A stretch of 59,685 nucleotides of DNA, filler included, from Thelocarpon superellum (Eukaryota), in NCBI GenBank assembly GCA_026025795.1. It is 4 parts of 4 records of this genome, joined end to end, with 100 filler letters (N's around TTAATTAATTAA, not from the genome) between each part and the next. Parts side by side here need not be neighbours in the genome. Positions count along the whole stretch, not along the records: positions 1 to 14,947 come from JAPEUG010000422.1; positions 15,048 to 29,949 come from JAPEUG010000423.1; 2 more parts are not named here. One strand, written 5' to 3'. Positions 11,308 to 23,615 of this stretch are shown in pieces (the stretch's first letter is position 1; each line of letters opens with the position of its first letter). A program made the position numbers and the translations under genes. The notes below the pieces were generated by a model that was not told the DNA's origin, ran no database searches, and worked only from the letters and a program-made list of their open reading frames with translations.

Positions 11308-14300
11308 AGTGATTGACGCGTGAAGAAGATCGAGAGAGATGGTCGCGAGAATATGAGCTCGACGAGACTCGAGGAGGGAGTGGAGATACAGGGAGGACTG
11401 GCAACGCGACGCAACAGGATGGAACGGGAGGTGGGTGGTGGCACCTCCCTTTATGAGAATACAAACGGCCAGAAACAAGATTGTCTGCCACTAAGCAACG
11501 GCGGGGTTGCAGCCGACATCGTGCCGATTGTGAGGCACCATGAGCGATGGGGAGGGGGCCTAGACGATGTCGCTGGATCGTCTAGGCCCGGATGCAACTG
11601 TCTCCGGGCGATGGTAGCGCTGGGTCCCAGGCCCATGCTGACCCGATCCAGGACCACCATGCTGCTGGTTCAGGAACCTAACACCGGCCGTCCAGTCGGA
11701 GGAGGAGACTCCATCGCGGCTCAGTGGGCTAGCAGCACATCCGCCGCCCATCGTGCGGAGTCGTCGTCGTCGGCCGCGGGGCAGGACCTGCTCCGATGGG
11801 CATGATGATGGAGCGTGCCGGGCGGCCCGAGTCTCCTCAAGGGGGTAACGATCGCAAGCGGCGCGGCGCGGCGCCGCCGACCTGGTTGACCCCCGACAAG
11901 TCTCTCCAATCGTCAGCGTTGCCGTCGGCGACCCTTGCGCCACGGTCCCAGTTGGGCCAGGAGACATCCTAAAGGGGTCGCAACCAGCACGCTAGATCGC
12001 TAGTGCATTTCCTCCAGCCAATTACCACCCGTTGCCTCTAGCCTCACCACCCAAAGCGGCCAGATCAACAACACGAACGGGATGAAAGACTGACGCACTC
12101 TTCACCCTACCTCCACCCTCATCTCTCCGCGATGGCGCGTCGCAAGCCCAAGGGCTGAAGCGCCACTGGGGTTGGTACACAGTGATCAGGCCGGCTCCTC
12201 TGCGCGTCAGCAATGTCCGGTGTCCGCGTTGCGAGGCGACGGTCATCGGCAATGACCGAGCCATGATTGGTAGCCCGCGCCGGCGCGTTCTCTACTAGGG
12301 AGCTCGGTCTTGCGCTGTCGCTCTTCCCCTACGTCGTTGGCCGCGGCCACGTGAGCTCAACAGACCTACTCGTATGCCGAGGATAACGATGAAAGAATCG
12401 CTCGTCCACCGGAAGTCAAGAATGGTCATGGCCGAAAGCTCTGCCGCTTCCGTTGGGGGTGGCTTGATCCGGGCTACTCTTTTTGCATCAACATGGAAAA
12501 AACCGAGGTTCTACCAGAAAGAAATGGTCCATGTTCGTTCCAGGCATCTTCAGGTCGCGCATGTGCCTCTTCCCCCGAGACATTTTCGTATGAATAAATA
12601 CAGTGGCAATTATCCATGAGGCACGTTGATTGGGAAGGACGTTGTGCAGCGGATAGGACAGAAATATAAGACTGACACATCAACGACTCAGACGCATCTC
12701 GCTCGATACAACTGATGTCGATCCACACCCCAGGCTCTGGGACGCACTCCTTGGAATCTCGGCGTACTTTCGTCTCTCGTATTTTGAGACGAGGGTTTGA
12801 CCTGAACGACGCTGAGATGCTGTTACCGCCAGTGACGACGGAGGTAGGACCTGTCCTACTGTAAAGGTCCTGCTCCGTAGCTCGAACGAGCTCGAATGAG
12901 AAGTCGTGCCATGCTATATACCATAGATGCTACGCTACAGTCACGGATCTCCATTTGTGAGTACAGCCGTGGTCGTCGTTTTCATAAGAGACCGTGCTGG
13001 TGGCAATGCGTGCGCGGTGCGAGAATTTGGTCCTCCTACTACTAGTTAGCATGGATACTTCTACGAGAGGTAGCCATGCCTACAACCAGGAAATTCTCAC
13101 ACATCATTGGTAGTCAAACTGAGGAGATTTGAGAGGATCGTGTTGGGAAGTTGTCGAGTGAGGTCATATCGTCTGATCCTGGTCGGAGCACCTGGGCCCC
13201 GTTAGCCTCGATGACTTTTCGGGGCGTCCGACATATCTCCATCGTCTGATCCTCCTGGCCTGAGTTCCTGCCCGCTCCAACTCGCCATCAGCCGCGTCGA
13301 CGGGCGCCCAGTCATCCCCGCTTTTCTCCACCCCCCCGGGCTAGCTTGTACCATGACACTGTTATTGGGTGACATGCCTTGTGACGCGGTGCCTAAGCTA
13401 AATCTCTGGGCTTACGCCAGACATCGGTGGGGGCGGGAAGAGGGGAAAATCTCACTGCGCCGCGCGAGCAGTGGCACTACTGGCGGTCGAACAAGACTGG
13501 TACCTTTGTACAGGTAGTCACCACGGATGATGGGATGGCTGCCGAGAGTGTGCGCCGTATCGGCTTCTCGTATGTCGGACTGGTGTCAGAAGTAGCCACT
13601 AGAGAGGACTTGTAGCCTAGCTAGCAATGCCGATAGATGGTACCTGAGATGGCAGGAGCCAGGTCGTGATGGCGGCCCCAAGGGTTCAGGTACCGAATTG
13701 GCCTAGGGGTCTAACGTCAGTCGGCCCCGTCGCGGCTTGCCGCAACGGCGGTATGAGAAGAGTGGCACTTGTAAAGAGCGGGCGAGACCACGTGGATTGA
13801 AACGCCAGCTGACTTTTCCTCTCGCACGGAGACGATAGGATTCCTCCGTGTTAGCTTGAACCTTCTGACCGACCAAGGTAGGCTTGTCATCAGAATGTCG
13901 TCAGTCGGGAGGTGGGCGGACCACGGGCCAAACTCAGCAAGCGCCAGGCACCGTGCCAACACGGGACTGGGGTCTTGGGCAAGGGACAGGCAAGATGGAG
14001 GGTGAGGCGGAGATCGAGCATAGAAGAGGGTGGGTAACGCGGGGCGGTGGGGTGATTGCCGGGGCTCAACTCTCCCGTTCCTTGATCAGTCGCGTCTTTT
14101 CGTCCGAGCTACACCATCATCCACCAGCCCAGATCCGGTGGAGGATCGAGTGCGTCCGACAGCGACGGCCTCCCGTCGCCCTGCCTGGCGACGAGCATGA
14201 AGTGGCTTGGGAAGGGGTAACGGTGGATACCTCGTTTCGTCCTCCGGGACCCAAAGCTAACACACGGACCAGGCGCTTGTGCTCAGTAGAAGGTGACTCG

Positions 14301-14947
14301 GCTCGTTGGATAAACCTTGCGAGCGCTGGGCCCCTTGACGGCGGAGGAACTGCACGGTGGCGGAGTGCGTCATTCCACTCGCCCTACCCTAGGTCGTCCC
14401 AGCGGATCGGCGGCGGACCATGCTGTGCGGCGCACTGGGACGGTACGGCACCGCTGGATGCGATGCACAGGTGCAGGTGCATGAGTCGGCATCGATTTGG
14501 CGTTCGCTACCGAAGGCCCAGCTTGCCTTTAGCTGCCCAGGTCCAGCGGGCCCGGATCCCCGACGCTATCGACTCGTTGGAGCGTCCGCCGTCTACTCTG
14601 GACGTACCTCCCGAGTAGTGGGTACCTACCCGTCCGAGTCCGTTCGGTGGATACCTGCTGGGTGCCGCCCAAGGCTACCATCCCCGGACGAGACTTCGCC
14701 TCTTCGGCAGACTCTGGTAGTAGCCCCTCTCACTACGAATACTAGTGGTTAGCGAGTAGCTTGAGTAAGATCGTTCGCTAGCGACTTGCTGCGAGTGCCT
14801 GCAGAGTTTGCACCATGGCCAGGTGCCTCCTGGCATGAGGCAACCGTGGTCGGAGCTGCTGCCGGCATCCGTGTCTCGGTCCTTGATGGAAAATGGAGCT
14901 GAAGGAGAATAGAGGATAGAAGTGAGATTGATTCCAGCCATGGCTGC

Positions 14948-15047
14948 NNNNNNNNNNNNNNNNNNNNNNNNNNNNNNNNNNNNNNNNNNNNTTAATTAAT
15001 TAANNNNNNNNNNNNNNNNNNNNNNNNNNNNNNNNNNNNNNNNNNNN
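14948..15047. other. Artificial contig linker N44-TTAATTAATTAA-N44
   Basis: 100-nt spacer with a palindromic all-frame stop core; identical at three places. Confidence 0.98.
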
Positions 15048-15854
15048 CTTGCTCCGGGCCCGCCAGCCCCACCTCCGTCACAGGCACCGCTCGGTGAGTC
15101 CCTCGCTGCCAGGATGTTCTGGCGCCACTGTGGCTGGAATCCTCGCATGCGGGGAGTGGTCGGTGCCAGTGTGCTGTCCACTGTCTCAGGAGTGTAACAG
15201 ACGCGACGTGACCGTCAACGGAGCCAGTATTCATCGCTCACCAGGGCACTTCGCATGCCCCTTCTACCAAACGGTACTCTTCTACTCACGAGTCATGCCA
15301 TCTGAAGGTACATGCGGTGACACGTCAAGTCGACGCACATGGACGCCCCATATTTGCTCGCGCCGACGGTTGGTGCTGAGGATCCAGAGAGGAATCGCTT
15401 CGCGCGGAGCTTAGGTTTGAGAGGGAAAGAGTTACGGCGGGACCCTCCGCCGATGATATCATAATTTCAGGTGAGACCCCCCAGCTCGCCTAGGTCCGTT
15501 CACCACTCGGCGAGATGCCCCCACAACCCACACCTCCCACCTGGGGTTCCCCCCACCTGGGAACGACGGCGGAAAAAAGAATGGAGAGATCCTTCGAATG
15601 AGGAAGGCGGTGTCACCTCGACAATGCCCTTCGATCCATCGTGACCGTGCCGACGTAGCCAGGGTGAACGAGCTCCCGTGATTCCTGGCGTGCCCATAGG
15701 CGCCAGGATTTAGAGTTTCGGGCGTGAGACACCCGTAGATTAGATCCTCCACGGCGATGTGTTGGGATGCACCGCGAGAGCTGTCCTCGCTACATTCCAC
15801 GACGAGCGCTCTCCGTGGGCCAAGTCGGGCCTTCCCTTCCCTCAGTGCCTCGTC

Positions 15855-17748
15855 ATGGAGTCTTCCTCCGCCGGTTCGGTGGACAGTAAGCCGTCCCCAG
15901 CGCCCTCCACGGCGGCGTCGACCATCTCCGCCGAGCCACCGTCTGCGGCGGCCGAGAAGACACCAGACGATTCGTCTAAGCTTCGAACGTTCTTGAGTAT
16001 CCTGCGCAAGTAAGAGACTCCTATGATCCTCGCACTCCCATGCGGTGCGCGCACCCCAGACGGTGCCGTGTCCTCTGCCGCCCGCCGCCTCTCTGGGGTG
16101 GCACCGATGATGGGCGGACGTGCGCGATGGGCATCGATGCCTCGTCCCACCATGTCGGCAGCTGCCGTGCAGGCCTGGCTAACGCGACTGGCGACGCTTC
16201 AGGTTTATTGGCGTGGCCGACATTGCGTCCGTGCGATTTTCCCTGCCTGCCCAGCTGCTCGAGCCAATCCCCAATCTCGGTATGTCCAGCACCCGCGGTG
16301 CCAGCCGAGACGCATCAGATTCGGGATGACGTCGGGGCTGACCCGGGATCAACAGAGTACTGGAACTATCTCGACCGACCCGAAACTTTTGCTGCGTACG
16401 TCCACGTCGGGCACGGAGACGTGGATCCTGGCTCACCGCCTCTCTAGCATTGGGGACCCGGACGATGCACTGGGTCGAATGCTGGCTAGCTTGCGCTTTT
16501 GGTTCACGAAAGACCTGGTATGATGCCGGCGATCACCACCACGGACCCCAACCTACCCGGAGCATCGCTGATGTGGATGTCAGAAATACGTGAAAGGCAA
16601 GCCGTGCAAACCGTACAACTCGGCGCTGGGGGAATTCTTCCGCGTGAGTAGACGTGGGCTTCATGTCGTGGATGAGCCGGGACCTGAGAGGCGTGATTAG
16701 TGCAAGTGGCAGGTCAAAGATGTGGCACCCCCCATCCTGGCCTCGACGGAGCCCGCGTCCGTCGACGGGGCCAAGCCGTCGTCGTCGGGTCCAGTGACGG
16801 TGTCGTATATCACCGAGCAAACGTCTCATCATCCGCCCGTCTCGGCCTTTTACATCACCTGCCCCGAGAAGCAGATCACGGCCTGCGGTTACGATCAGCT
16901 GAGCGCTAAATTTACGGGCACGAGCATCCGGGTCACATCCGGCCAACACAACCAGGGGATCTATGTGACGCTTCACGGTCGGGACCAAGAGCAGTACCAC
17001 TTTACGCACCCCGCGGCGTATCTGGGGGGGATTCTTCGAGGTGGGGGGTGGCCAGCCCATCGTTGTGTAGCTAGAGATCCCGCTGATCCTCGACAGGCTC
17101 ATTGCACGTCACCGTGGCCGATATCTGCTACGTCTCTTGTTCTAAGACCACGCTCCGGGTGATTCTCCAGTATCTGGAAGAGGGGTGGTTGGGAAAAGCG
17201 CAGAACCGAGTGGAAGGCGTCATCTACCGATACGATGTGGAGAACGACAGCAAGACGAAGCTCAAAGATGTCGCCGAGCAGGACGTGGTGGCGAGGATCG
17301 AGGGTTGCTGGCAGGACAAGGTGTACTTTACGATACCGGGTTCCCCTGTACGGAGTCGCCCTGTCCACCCGGATGATCTCGGCTGACCGTCGGTTAGGAG
17401 AAGCACCTGCTTGTGGATGTCAACCCTTTGTTCCCGATGGCGAAGGAGGTGCCACCGGAGGAGCAACAGTTACCCAACGAAAGCCGACGATTTTGGCACG
17501 ACGTGACGCAAGCGATCCTGCTACGAGAGTACAGCAAGGCGACGACGGTGAAGCAGCAACTGGAGGAGCGGCAACGGAACAAAGCCGCGTCGCGCAAGGA
17601 CGGCGGCGAGGAGTGGCAGCCGCGATTCTTCACGGGCGTCTTCACTCCTGTCGGCATGCCGGAGCTGACGGAAGAAGGGCAAAAAGCCATGCGTGGCCTG
17701 GAGACGGGCGATTTCATCCTCACGCCCTCGGTGGTCACGGGTGCCTGA
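15855..17748 (+). CDS. Oxysterol-binding protein (OSBP/Osh family, short ORD-only type), multi-exon
   Basis: Spliced frame gives KLRTFLSILRK|FIGVADIASVRFSLPAQLLEPIPNL|EYWNYLDRPETF, CKPYNSALGEFF, the OSBP signature EQTSHHPPVSAF, and ESRRFW...K..LEERQR. About 8 short GT-AG introns; the first is 16010-16202. Confidence 0.92.
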
Positions 17749-18137
17749 TCCAATGGCCGAGTGTTCCCGGGTCCAAGAGAAGCCATGTAGCGCTGTTGCC
17801 CGTGACATGTCTCTTGATGATTTCGTTGCCGTCGAGCTGGTCTAGTCTGCACTAATGCCTGTTCTGTTCTCTTGTCATGACCGTGATGGATGCAACCGCA
17901 CCACCGTAGACTTTCGACTTCCGGCCTGAAGGTGGCTCTTGACAAGATGATGGCAATGAGACGGCCTAGTTTTTCCCCATTCAGGATTTCCTTGCCATTG
18001 TCCTGTTCCCTTCATTCTCTCCGTCTGCCTGTTTCAGGCTCTGCTCTTTCTCTCCGTAGACGACATGAGAGCATACAAAGTTGGAAATCTACGAGACGAG
18101 GTCCACGAACCGTAGACGAGTCCCTCACGAGAGACGT

Positions 18138-19649
18138 TCATATGTCCACTACTTTCCCACCAAATTGGCGCAAGATTTCTTCAATCGCCAGCTGCTTGGA
18201 CTCCCGCACTTTACGCTTCTTCACGCGTGATCCGGCCGCCTTAGGGTCACCATTGCCATTTCCACCCTCTGTCTGACCATCATGCGGATGTTTCGAGGCC
18301 GCGTCGGGATGTGATGGGCCTGAATCTGCATGAAAAACCGGCCTCTGTACTCGTCGGAAGACCGTCAACTGCGGGACTTGCGAGCCGGGATTGAACAGCG
18401 GGCCGAGGTGGAAACTTAGCACCGGGACACTCTGGGCGTTGGTCTTCTTGGCGTCGGAGATGGATGTTGACGCTGACGTTGAGGTTGAGGTTGAGGTTGA
18501 GGTTGAGGTTGAGGTTGAGGTTGAGGTTGAGGTTGAGGTTGAGATTGAGGTTGAGGTTGATGTCGGTGCTGATGCCGGCGCTGGTGCTTCGTTCGTCTCC
18601 TTCTCCTCCATCTGCTCCTCACGCATGGCTTGCGTCCGTCGGTAGAAGCGGTAGAGAACCGAAGGCCAGTCATCGCTCGATGGCTCGGTCTGCGGACCGA
18701 TGGTGCAAGGTTCGCGGCCACTGCTGCACCTCCAGCCGTGCTGCAAGGCGAAGGACGTGTCCTGATGGCGGATGGCAGTGTCGTGGACGGCGTAAAGGAG
18801 CAAGGAGGAGAACTGGGACAGATGCTCGAGCGATTGGGCCGTCACGTCCGGCTGGCTGCGAAGGACGAGCACCTGGAGGTTGCGGAAGCCGTTCTGCTCC
18901 GCGGCGCTGTGGCTCCACGACCTGATCAGCCGGTCGTCGATGGCGGGCGCCGTCCACGGCACGGCGGCTCGTGGCCCCTGGATGTCCAAGGCGACTAGAT
19001 TGACCATGTTGCAGAGGTCGACGAGCTCGCTGCGCATGGCATTGGGCGCGGAGATGCTGAGGAGCGTGATCCACGTGAGGGAATCCGACCGCAGCGAGGT
19101 CGTGTAATTCCCCAGCGAGAGGGCGGGGTCCAGGATCATCTCGGACCGTCGCAGGAGAGTCCTCTCCCCGCTCTCATTACCGTATCTCGATGCCAGCGTT
19201 CGCCACACGTAGAAACTGTCTTGCTCGCTGTCCACCGCCCGTCGTTAGCTGTCGCTCGCACGAGGCACGCTCCTCCTCCGCCGGGGACGGTACCGAGCTC
19301 GTGCAACCTTCCAGATCTTCTTTCCTATCCGCCATGGCACGTCATGCAGGGACTCGACCGTGACGTCGGGGAGGTTCCGGACCACCGTTCGCAGAGCCAC
19401 GTCTTGCAAGGTTGGCGGTCCGTCGCCGGCCCGGTAGCCCGCCTTGGCCAGGCCCGTACATTGATACTGCCATAGCCTGTCCTCGGTCGACGGGGCCGTA
19501 TATCCAGTCTCGGTGTAGATCTGTCCCGTCTCGCGATCATAAATAGCTGAGCTGCGATGGCCAGAGGTGGCATTCGCGACGGATACGCGAGGACCATGGG
19601 GATAATGCATGCGAAGACGACGAGGCAGTCTGTCCATGATGGTCGACAT
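18138..19649 (-). CDS. Hypothetical protein (LRR/F-box-like features, ST repeat, basic C-terminal patch); exons 19649-19294, 19227-18138
   Basis: The intron 19293-19228 (GTACCG...GCTAAC...CAG) fuses two ORFs in frame. PPTLQDVALRTV helix motif, LRR-like segments (NLVALDI, NLQVLVLRSQPDVT, LEHLSQFSSL) and putative NLS RVKKRKVR. Confidence 0.7.
18481..18558. repeat. 6-bp tandem repeat (GAGGTT)n, ~13 units, encoding a Thr-Ser tract on the minus strand
   Basis: Read directly. One GAGATT variant; in frame in the 18138-19649 gene. Confidence 0.95.
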
Positions 19650-20019
19650 CAACTACGTTCACGTTCAAAGACACGATGAAAGTGCTGTCCATTACGAGAA
19701 CTGGACACGGTCCCAATGGAGAGAAGTCGCTTCATGGACAATGCAGCTAGGTTGCCCGTTGGGGTTTGTATTGTAGCAGCCTAGCTGGGCAGAAGGTGCA
19801 TGTCGGAATCCATTGATGTGGATTGCTCGGACGCGTCTGTTCCGGCGCTCCTGTAAGTGCTCAGTCTCGAGAGTTGAGTTGAGAGCTACTCGCGTATCAG
19901 ACCGAGTCCGGGATCCCCCGGGCCGATTTAGATCTCGTGCCCCACCATCGACTCTCTCTTCACGCTTCCCACATCATCGAGATGGCCATCCGAGATTTGT
20001 GATCTCGTAGGAGTCCATC

Positions 20020-20961
20020 ATGATGTTGAGGACCCCCCATGTGCTCCTCTCCTCCTACACTGGACTGAGCTCCATCAATACTGCCTCTCCCCATCTCCAT
20101 CAGATCCATACGTCATCAACCCGCTTTGACTCGTCCCGCCCACCGTCATGGCGGCATCGAAGAGGATACGCCAGAGTCTCCGATGACAGTCATGACAAGC
20201 TCACCTGGCCCGAGACCGGCCATCCCACCGTCTCTCCCACTCCATACCAGATCTTTTGCCAGAAGAAGGGTGCCCCGTACTCCAAGCGGCGTTTCTACGA
20301 GCTGGTCAAGCTATACCATCCCGACTGGCACGGGCAAGGTCGACCATCGGGCGTCGATCAACTATCGCACACCACGAAGCTCGAGCGGTACCGCCTCGTC
20401 GTAGCTGCCAACGACATTCTCTCCGATCCCGTCAAGCGCAGCGCCTACGACCGCTACGGCGCCGGGTGGAACGGCTTCCCGGAAGCGAGCGGGCGATGGA
20501 ACCAGAACACCCGCGGTTATGGCAACGGGAGCAGTGCGAATCAGGCGTGGGGTCAAGGCGATCGGTCGCCCAGTCAGAACGCCACCTGGGAGGACTGGGA
20601 GCGGTGGTACCAGCGCGACGCCAAGGGGCCTCAGCAGCCGCTGTACTTTGGTAACGGCGCCTTCTTCTCGCTCGTTGTCATGTTGGCCGCGCTGGGAGGC
20701 GTGGGGCAGGCGACCCGCGCAGGGAACTACAGCATGTCTTTCCTGGAGGAGCGCGACCGCTTGCATGACGAGACCAGCAAGGAGTTGATCCGGCGGCGGC
20801 AGGACGCCACCACGTACAGCCATCGAGACGAGCGGATCGAGAGTTTTCTGAAGACACGGGATCCGGACGGTTATGGTGTCGCCAATCCCGACGAGGACGC
20901 GTATCGGAGGCTATCGGGCGACCGGGAGATTGGCTCTAGCAGCGACTCCAAGGGTCGGTGA
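20020..20961 (+). CDS. JID1: J-domain (DnaJ/Hsp40) protein, JID1-like, probably mitochondrial
   Basis: TPYQIF...KRRFYELVKLYHPD...ERYRLVVAANDILSDPVKRSAYD J-domain with HPD. Also NATWEDWERW motif, one TM segment and a basic/Ser-rich N-terminus. Confidence 0.85.
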   Translation: MMLRTPHVLLSSYTGLSSINTASPHLHQIHTSSTRFDSSRPPSWRHRRGYARVSDDSHDKLTWPETGHPTVSPTPYQIFCQKKGAPYSKRRFYELVKLYHPDWHGQGRPSGVDQLSHTTKLERYRLVVAANDILSDPVKRSAYDRYGAGWNGFPEASGRWNQNTRGYGNGSSANQAWGQGDRSPSQNATWEDWERWYQRDAKGPQQPLYFGNGAFFSLVVMLAALGGVGQATRAGNYSMSFLEERDRLHDETSKELIRRRQDATTYSHRDERIESFLKTRDPDGYGVANPDEDAYRRLSGDREIGSSSDSKGR

Positions 20962-21079
20962 TGTCCTCGGGTTGGGTCAGGCGTTGCGGGGATGGAATCG
21001 CTACGGATGCATAGTCGGAGAACAGGACGGACTCATCATCAATGGTGCGGTGTTTGGGGAAGGACGGGCTATGAGTGTA

Positions 21080-23289
21080 TCAGAGACTACGCTGCAACCC
21101 AGTCTCTTCAGGCCGGAACCACATGGTAGTCAGATCGTGCAGAACCTCCCGGGCGCCCTTCTGTGCCTCTACCGATGTCTTGGCCTGACATTCAATATAC
21201 ACTGGGTGCAAAGTCGAGTCAGCTGAGGTCTGGTCGAGTCGTAGGCCGACCACGAAAACTCACGTTTGATCTTCGGCTCCGTGCCCGAGCCACGGATGGT
21301 AAACCGGACGGTGGGGCCGGAAGAGTTATCGGCCAAGTCTTCCGCAAGCTCGCAAGTGATCATCTGGCTGTCCCTCGAGACGGGCAGAGCCGGGACATGG
21401 TCGGGCGTGCTGGAGTCATAACCGGTGGTCAGGTCGCGCCACCGCGAGATGCGGCGTCTCGCCAGGCGTGGCGGGAATGGGTCGCCGAGCTGGCGGATAT
21501 TGTCGAAGACGTCCTTGGTGATGCTCGGGTCTGGCGCGATGAAGTACGTGTTTGCTGTCTCGAAGTAGCCGTATGTTTCGTAGAGTTGCTGCAGTTTGGT
21601 CCACGGGGTCCATCCCTGCGTCTTCCACCTCGCCATGGCGCTGAGGAAGACAGAGCCCGCGGCGATGGCGTCTTTGTCGTGCACGACCGACGAGATCATA
21701 TACCCAATGGCTTCTTCGAAGGCATAGGGTGTGTCGTAGCCCTTTGAGGCTAAATCCAACGCCTTGTTTCCGAGCCACTTGAACCCCGTCAGCGTCTCCT
21801 CGAAGTGAAATCCCTCGGCCTGGGCCATGGCTTGGAGCATCGACGTCGACACGGTGGAGCTGAGCATTGCCACTTTCGACCGGGATTTGTCAGGACGATA
21901 TGTGTCCAGCACGTGTGAGGCGAGGAGAACGCCGACTTGATTGCCGGTCAATTGATGCCATTCTGAGCTGGCGGAGAGGTCAGAGGTCAAGCTCATGGAC
22001 GGAGGAAGCTCCTTCGTCTCAAACTTACCCGACCTTCTCCGCGACCGCAAGTCGATCAGCATCTGGATCGTTGGCGATGACGGTCTTTATGCCATGCTCA
22101 TCGGCGGTCGCGAGCGCCAAGTCCAAGGCCCCCGGTTCCTCGGGATTCGGGAAGCGAACCGTGGGGAAGTCGGGGTCTGGGGAGGCCTGGAAAAGGTCAG
22201 AGTCGCCCGCGATAGGAGGGCGCTACGAACCTGCTGTTGCACGACAATCATTCCAGACAATATTCCCATTCGGCTGACTGCTTCCGTCATGTAAGGCAAG
22301 CCGACCCCGTGCATCGGCGTGTAAACAAATCGCAGCGCTGGATCATGCTTCCACGAGCTTATGGCTTTCTCGACCGCCCTAAAGTATGCCGCTTTGAGAG
22401 GTGTTAAGACGTGCTCCACCAATGAGTTCTTGGCATCGACAACGCCTTCGTCCCAAGAAAGCGGTTCCAGGTTCTCCAGGATGGACTTGGCAATCTCGCT
22501 GTCGTATGGTGAGATGATCTGACACCCATTGGAGAAGTACACTTTGTAACCTTGGCGGAGTCAGCCTTGTCGTCCTCCAGAATGGCCGTGGGACGTGCCG
22601 TTGTCCTGAGCAGAATTCTGAACCAGGCCATGAAGATCAGCCTTGATTAATCCGTATCCAGATTATGGAGAGCCTTACATGACTTGCTGTGACCATGACG
22701 CCTGCTGAAGCTCCCAGCATCCGGACGCCAAAGGGTACAAGCGGAGTATGGGCTAGATCCTCGTACCACCACACCTTGATTCCTTTGGCCACAAATGCTG
22801 CCGCAGTGAGCCTCGCAAACGAGTCGGAATGGTGTCGGGCGTCATGGCCGACGACAACTCCTTTCGATGCGGCATATGGGTCTGTCGCCAGAAGATAAGC
22901 TGCCAACCCTTGGGAGGCTTGAATGATGGTCAATGAGTTGAGTCGAGAGAATCCAGCTTCCATCTTCGCCCGAAGACCTGATCGGTGTCAGAGCGCCTCG
23001 AGCAACTCTCCTTCGGTGGGGAGGTACCGGCGGTGCCAAAGGCGATGCCTGGAACATGTCAATGACCAGTTGCGGCTTCAGGTGGTTTCCCACGAGACCG
23101 ACGCTTGCGTAAACGTTTCTCCAGTTCAACCAAGTTATTGGATGCAACGAAGCCCTCGATTTCTTCTCTGGTGTTGACATCCTAGCGTAGGCATGTATTA
23201 GAGCTCGTGGCCTGTTACCTGGGGAGTGCTTGTGGATATACCTTGTCGAGGCGGAGCCATTCATCCGCGAGCACTTGTAGTGACTCCAT
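21080..23289 (-). CDS. PGM3: Phosphoglucomutase/phosphoribomutase (PGM2/PGM3 alpha-D-phosphohexomutase), multi-exon
   Basis: Spliced frame starts [26 protein letters not shown]. Motifs [20 protein letters not shown] (phospho-Ser), [29 protein letters not shown] (metal loop), [21 protein letters not shown]. Stop at 21082-21080. Confidence 0.93.
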
Positions 23290-23615
23290 ACTATGATCAA
23301 GATTCAAGCAAAGGCTCTAAATCTAAGGCATTGTGACAGTCTGTGATGGATTGCTCCTCTCTAGATGTGTTGATGTTCATGTCGAGTGGTTCACTCGTGG
23401 CGTGTGCGGTGCGTTTCCGGTACCGTAGGAGTATGTTACGAGTACACGCCGGCGGGGCAATCTTCCGTCCGTGACTGTGGGCGTGTGCGATGTCCCGATA
23501 TCCCCCCTTCCACCTTGCCCTCGGCGTGTAAACAAAATGGCCATCACGAGGCAAGAAGATCAATGACAGGCGTCCCCATTTCCCTCCTCATCTCACGCGA
23601 TCATCTGCCTCCAAT

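Noticed and set aside
14992..15003. TTAATTAATTAA palindrome (PacI sites) and X-containing ORFs
   Set aside because: Assembly linker, not biological; the same applies at 29994 and 44936.
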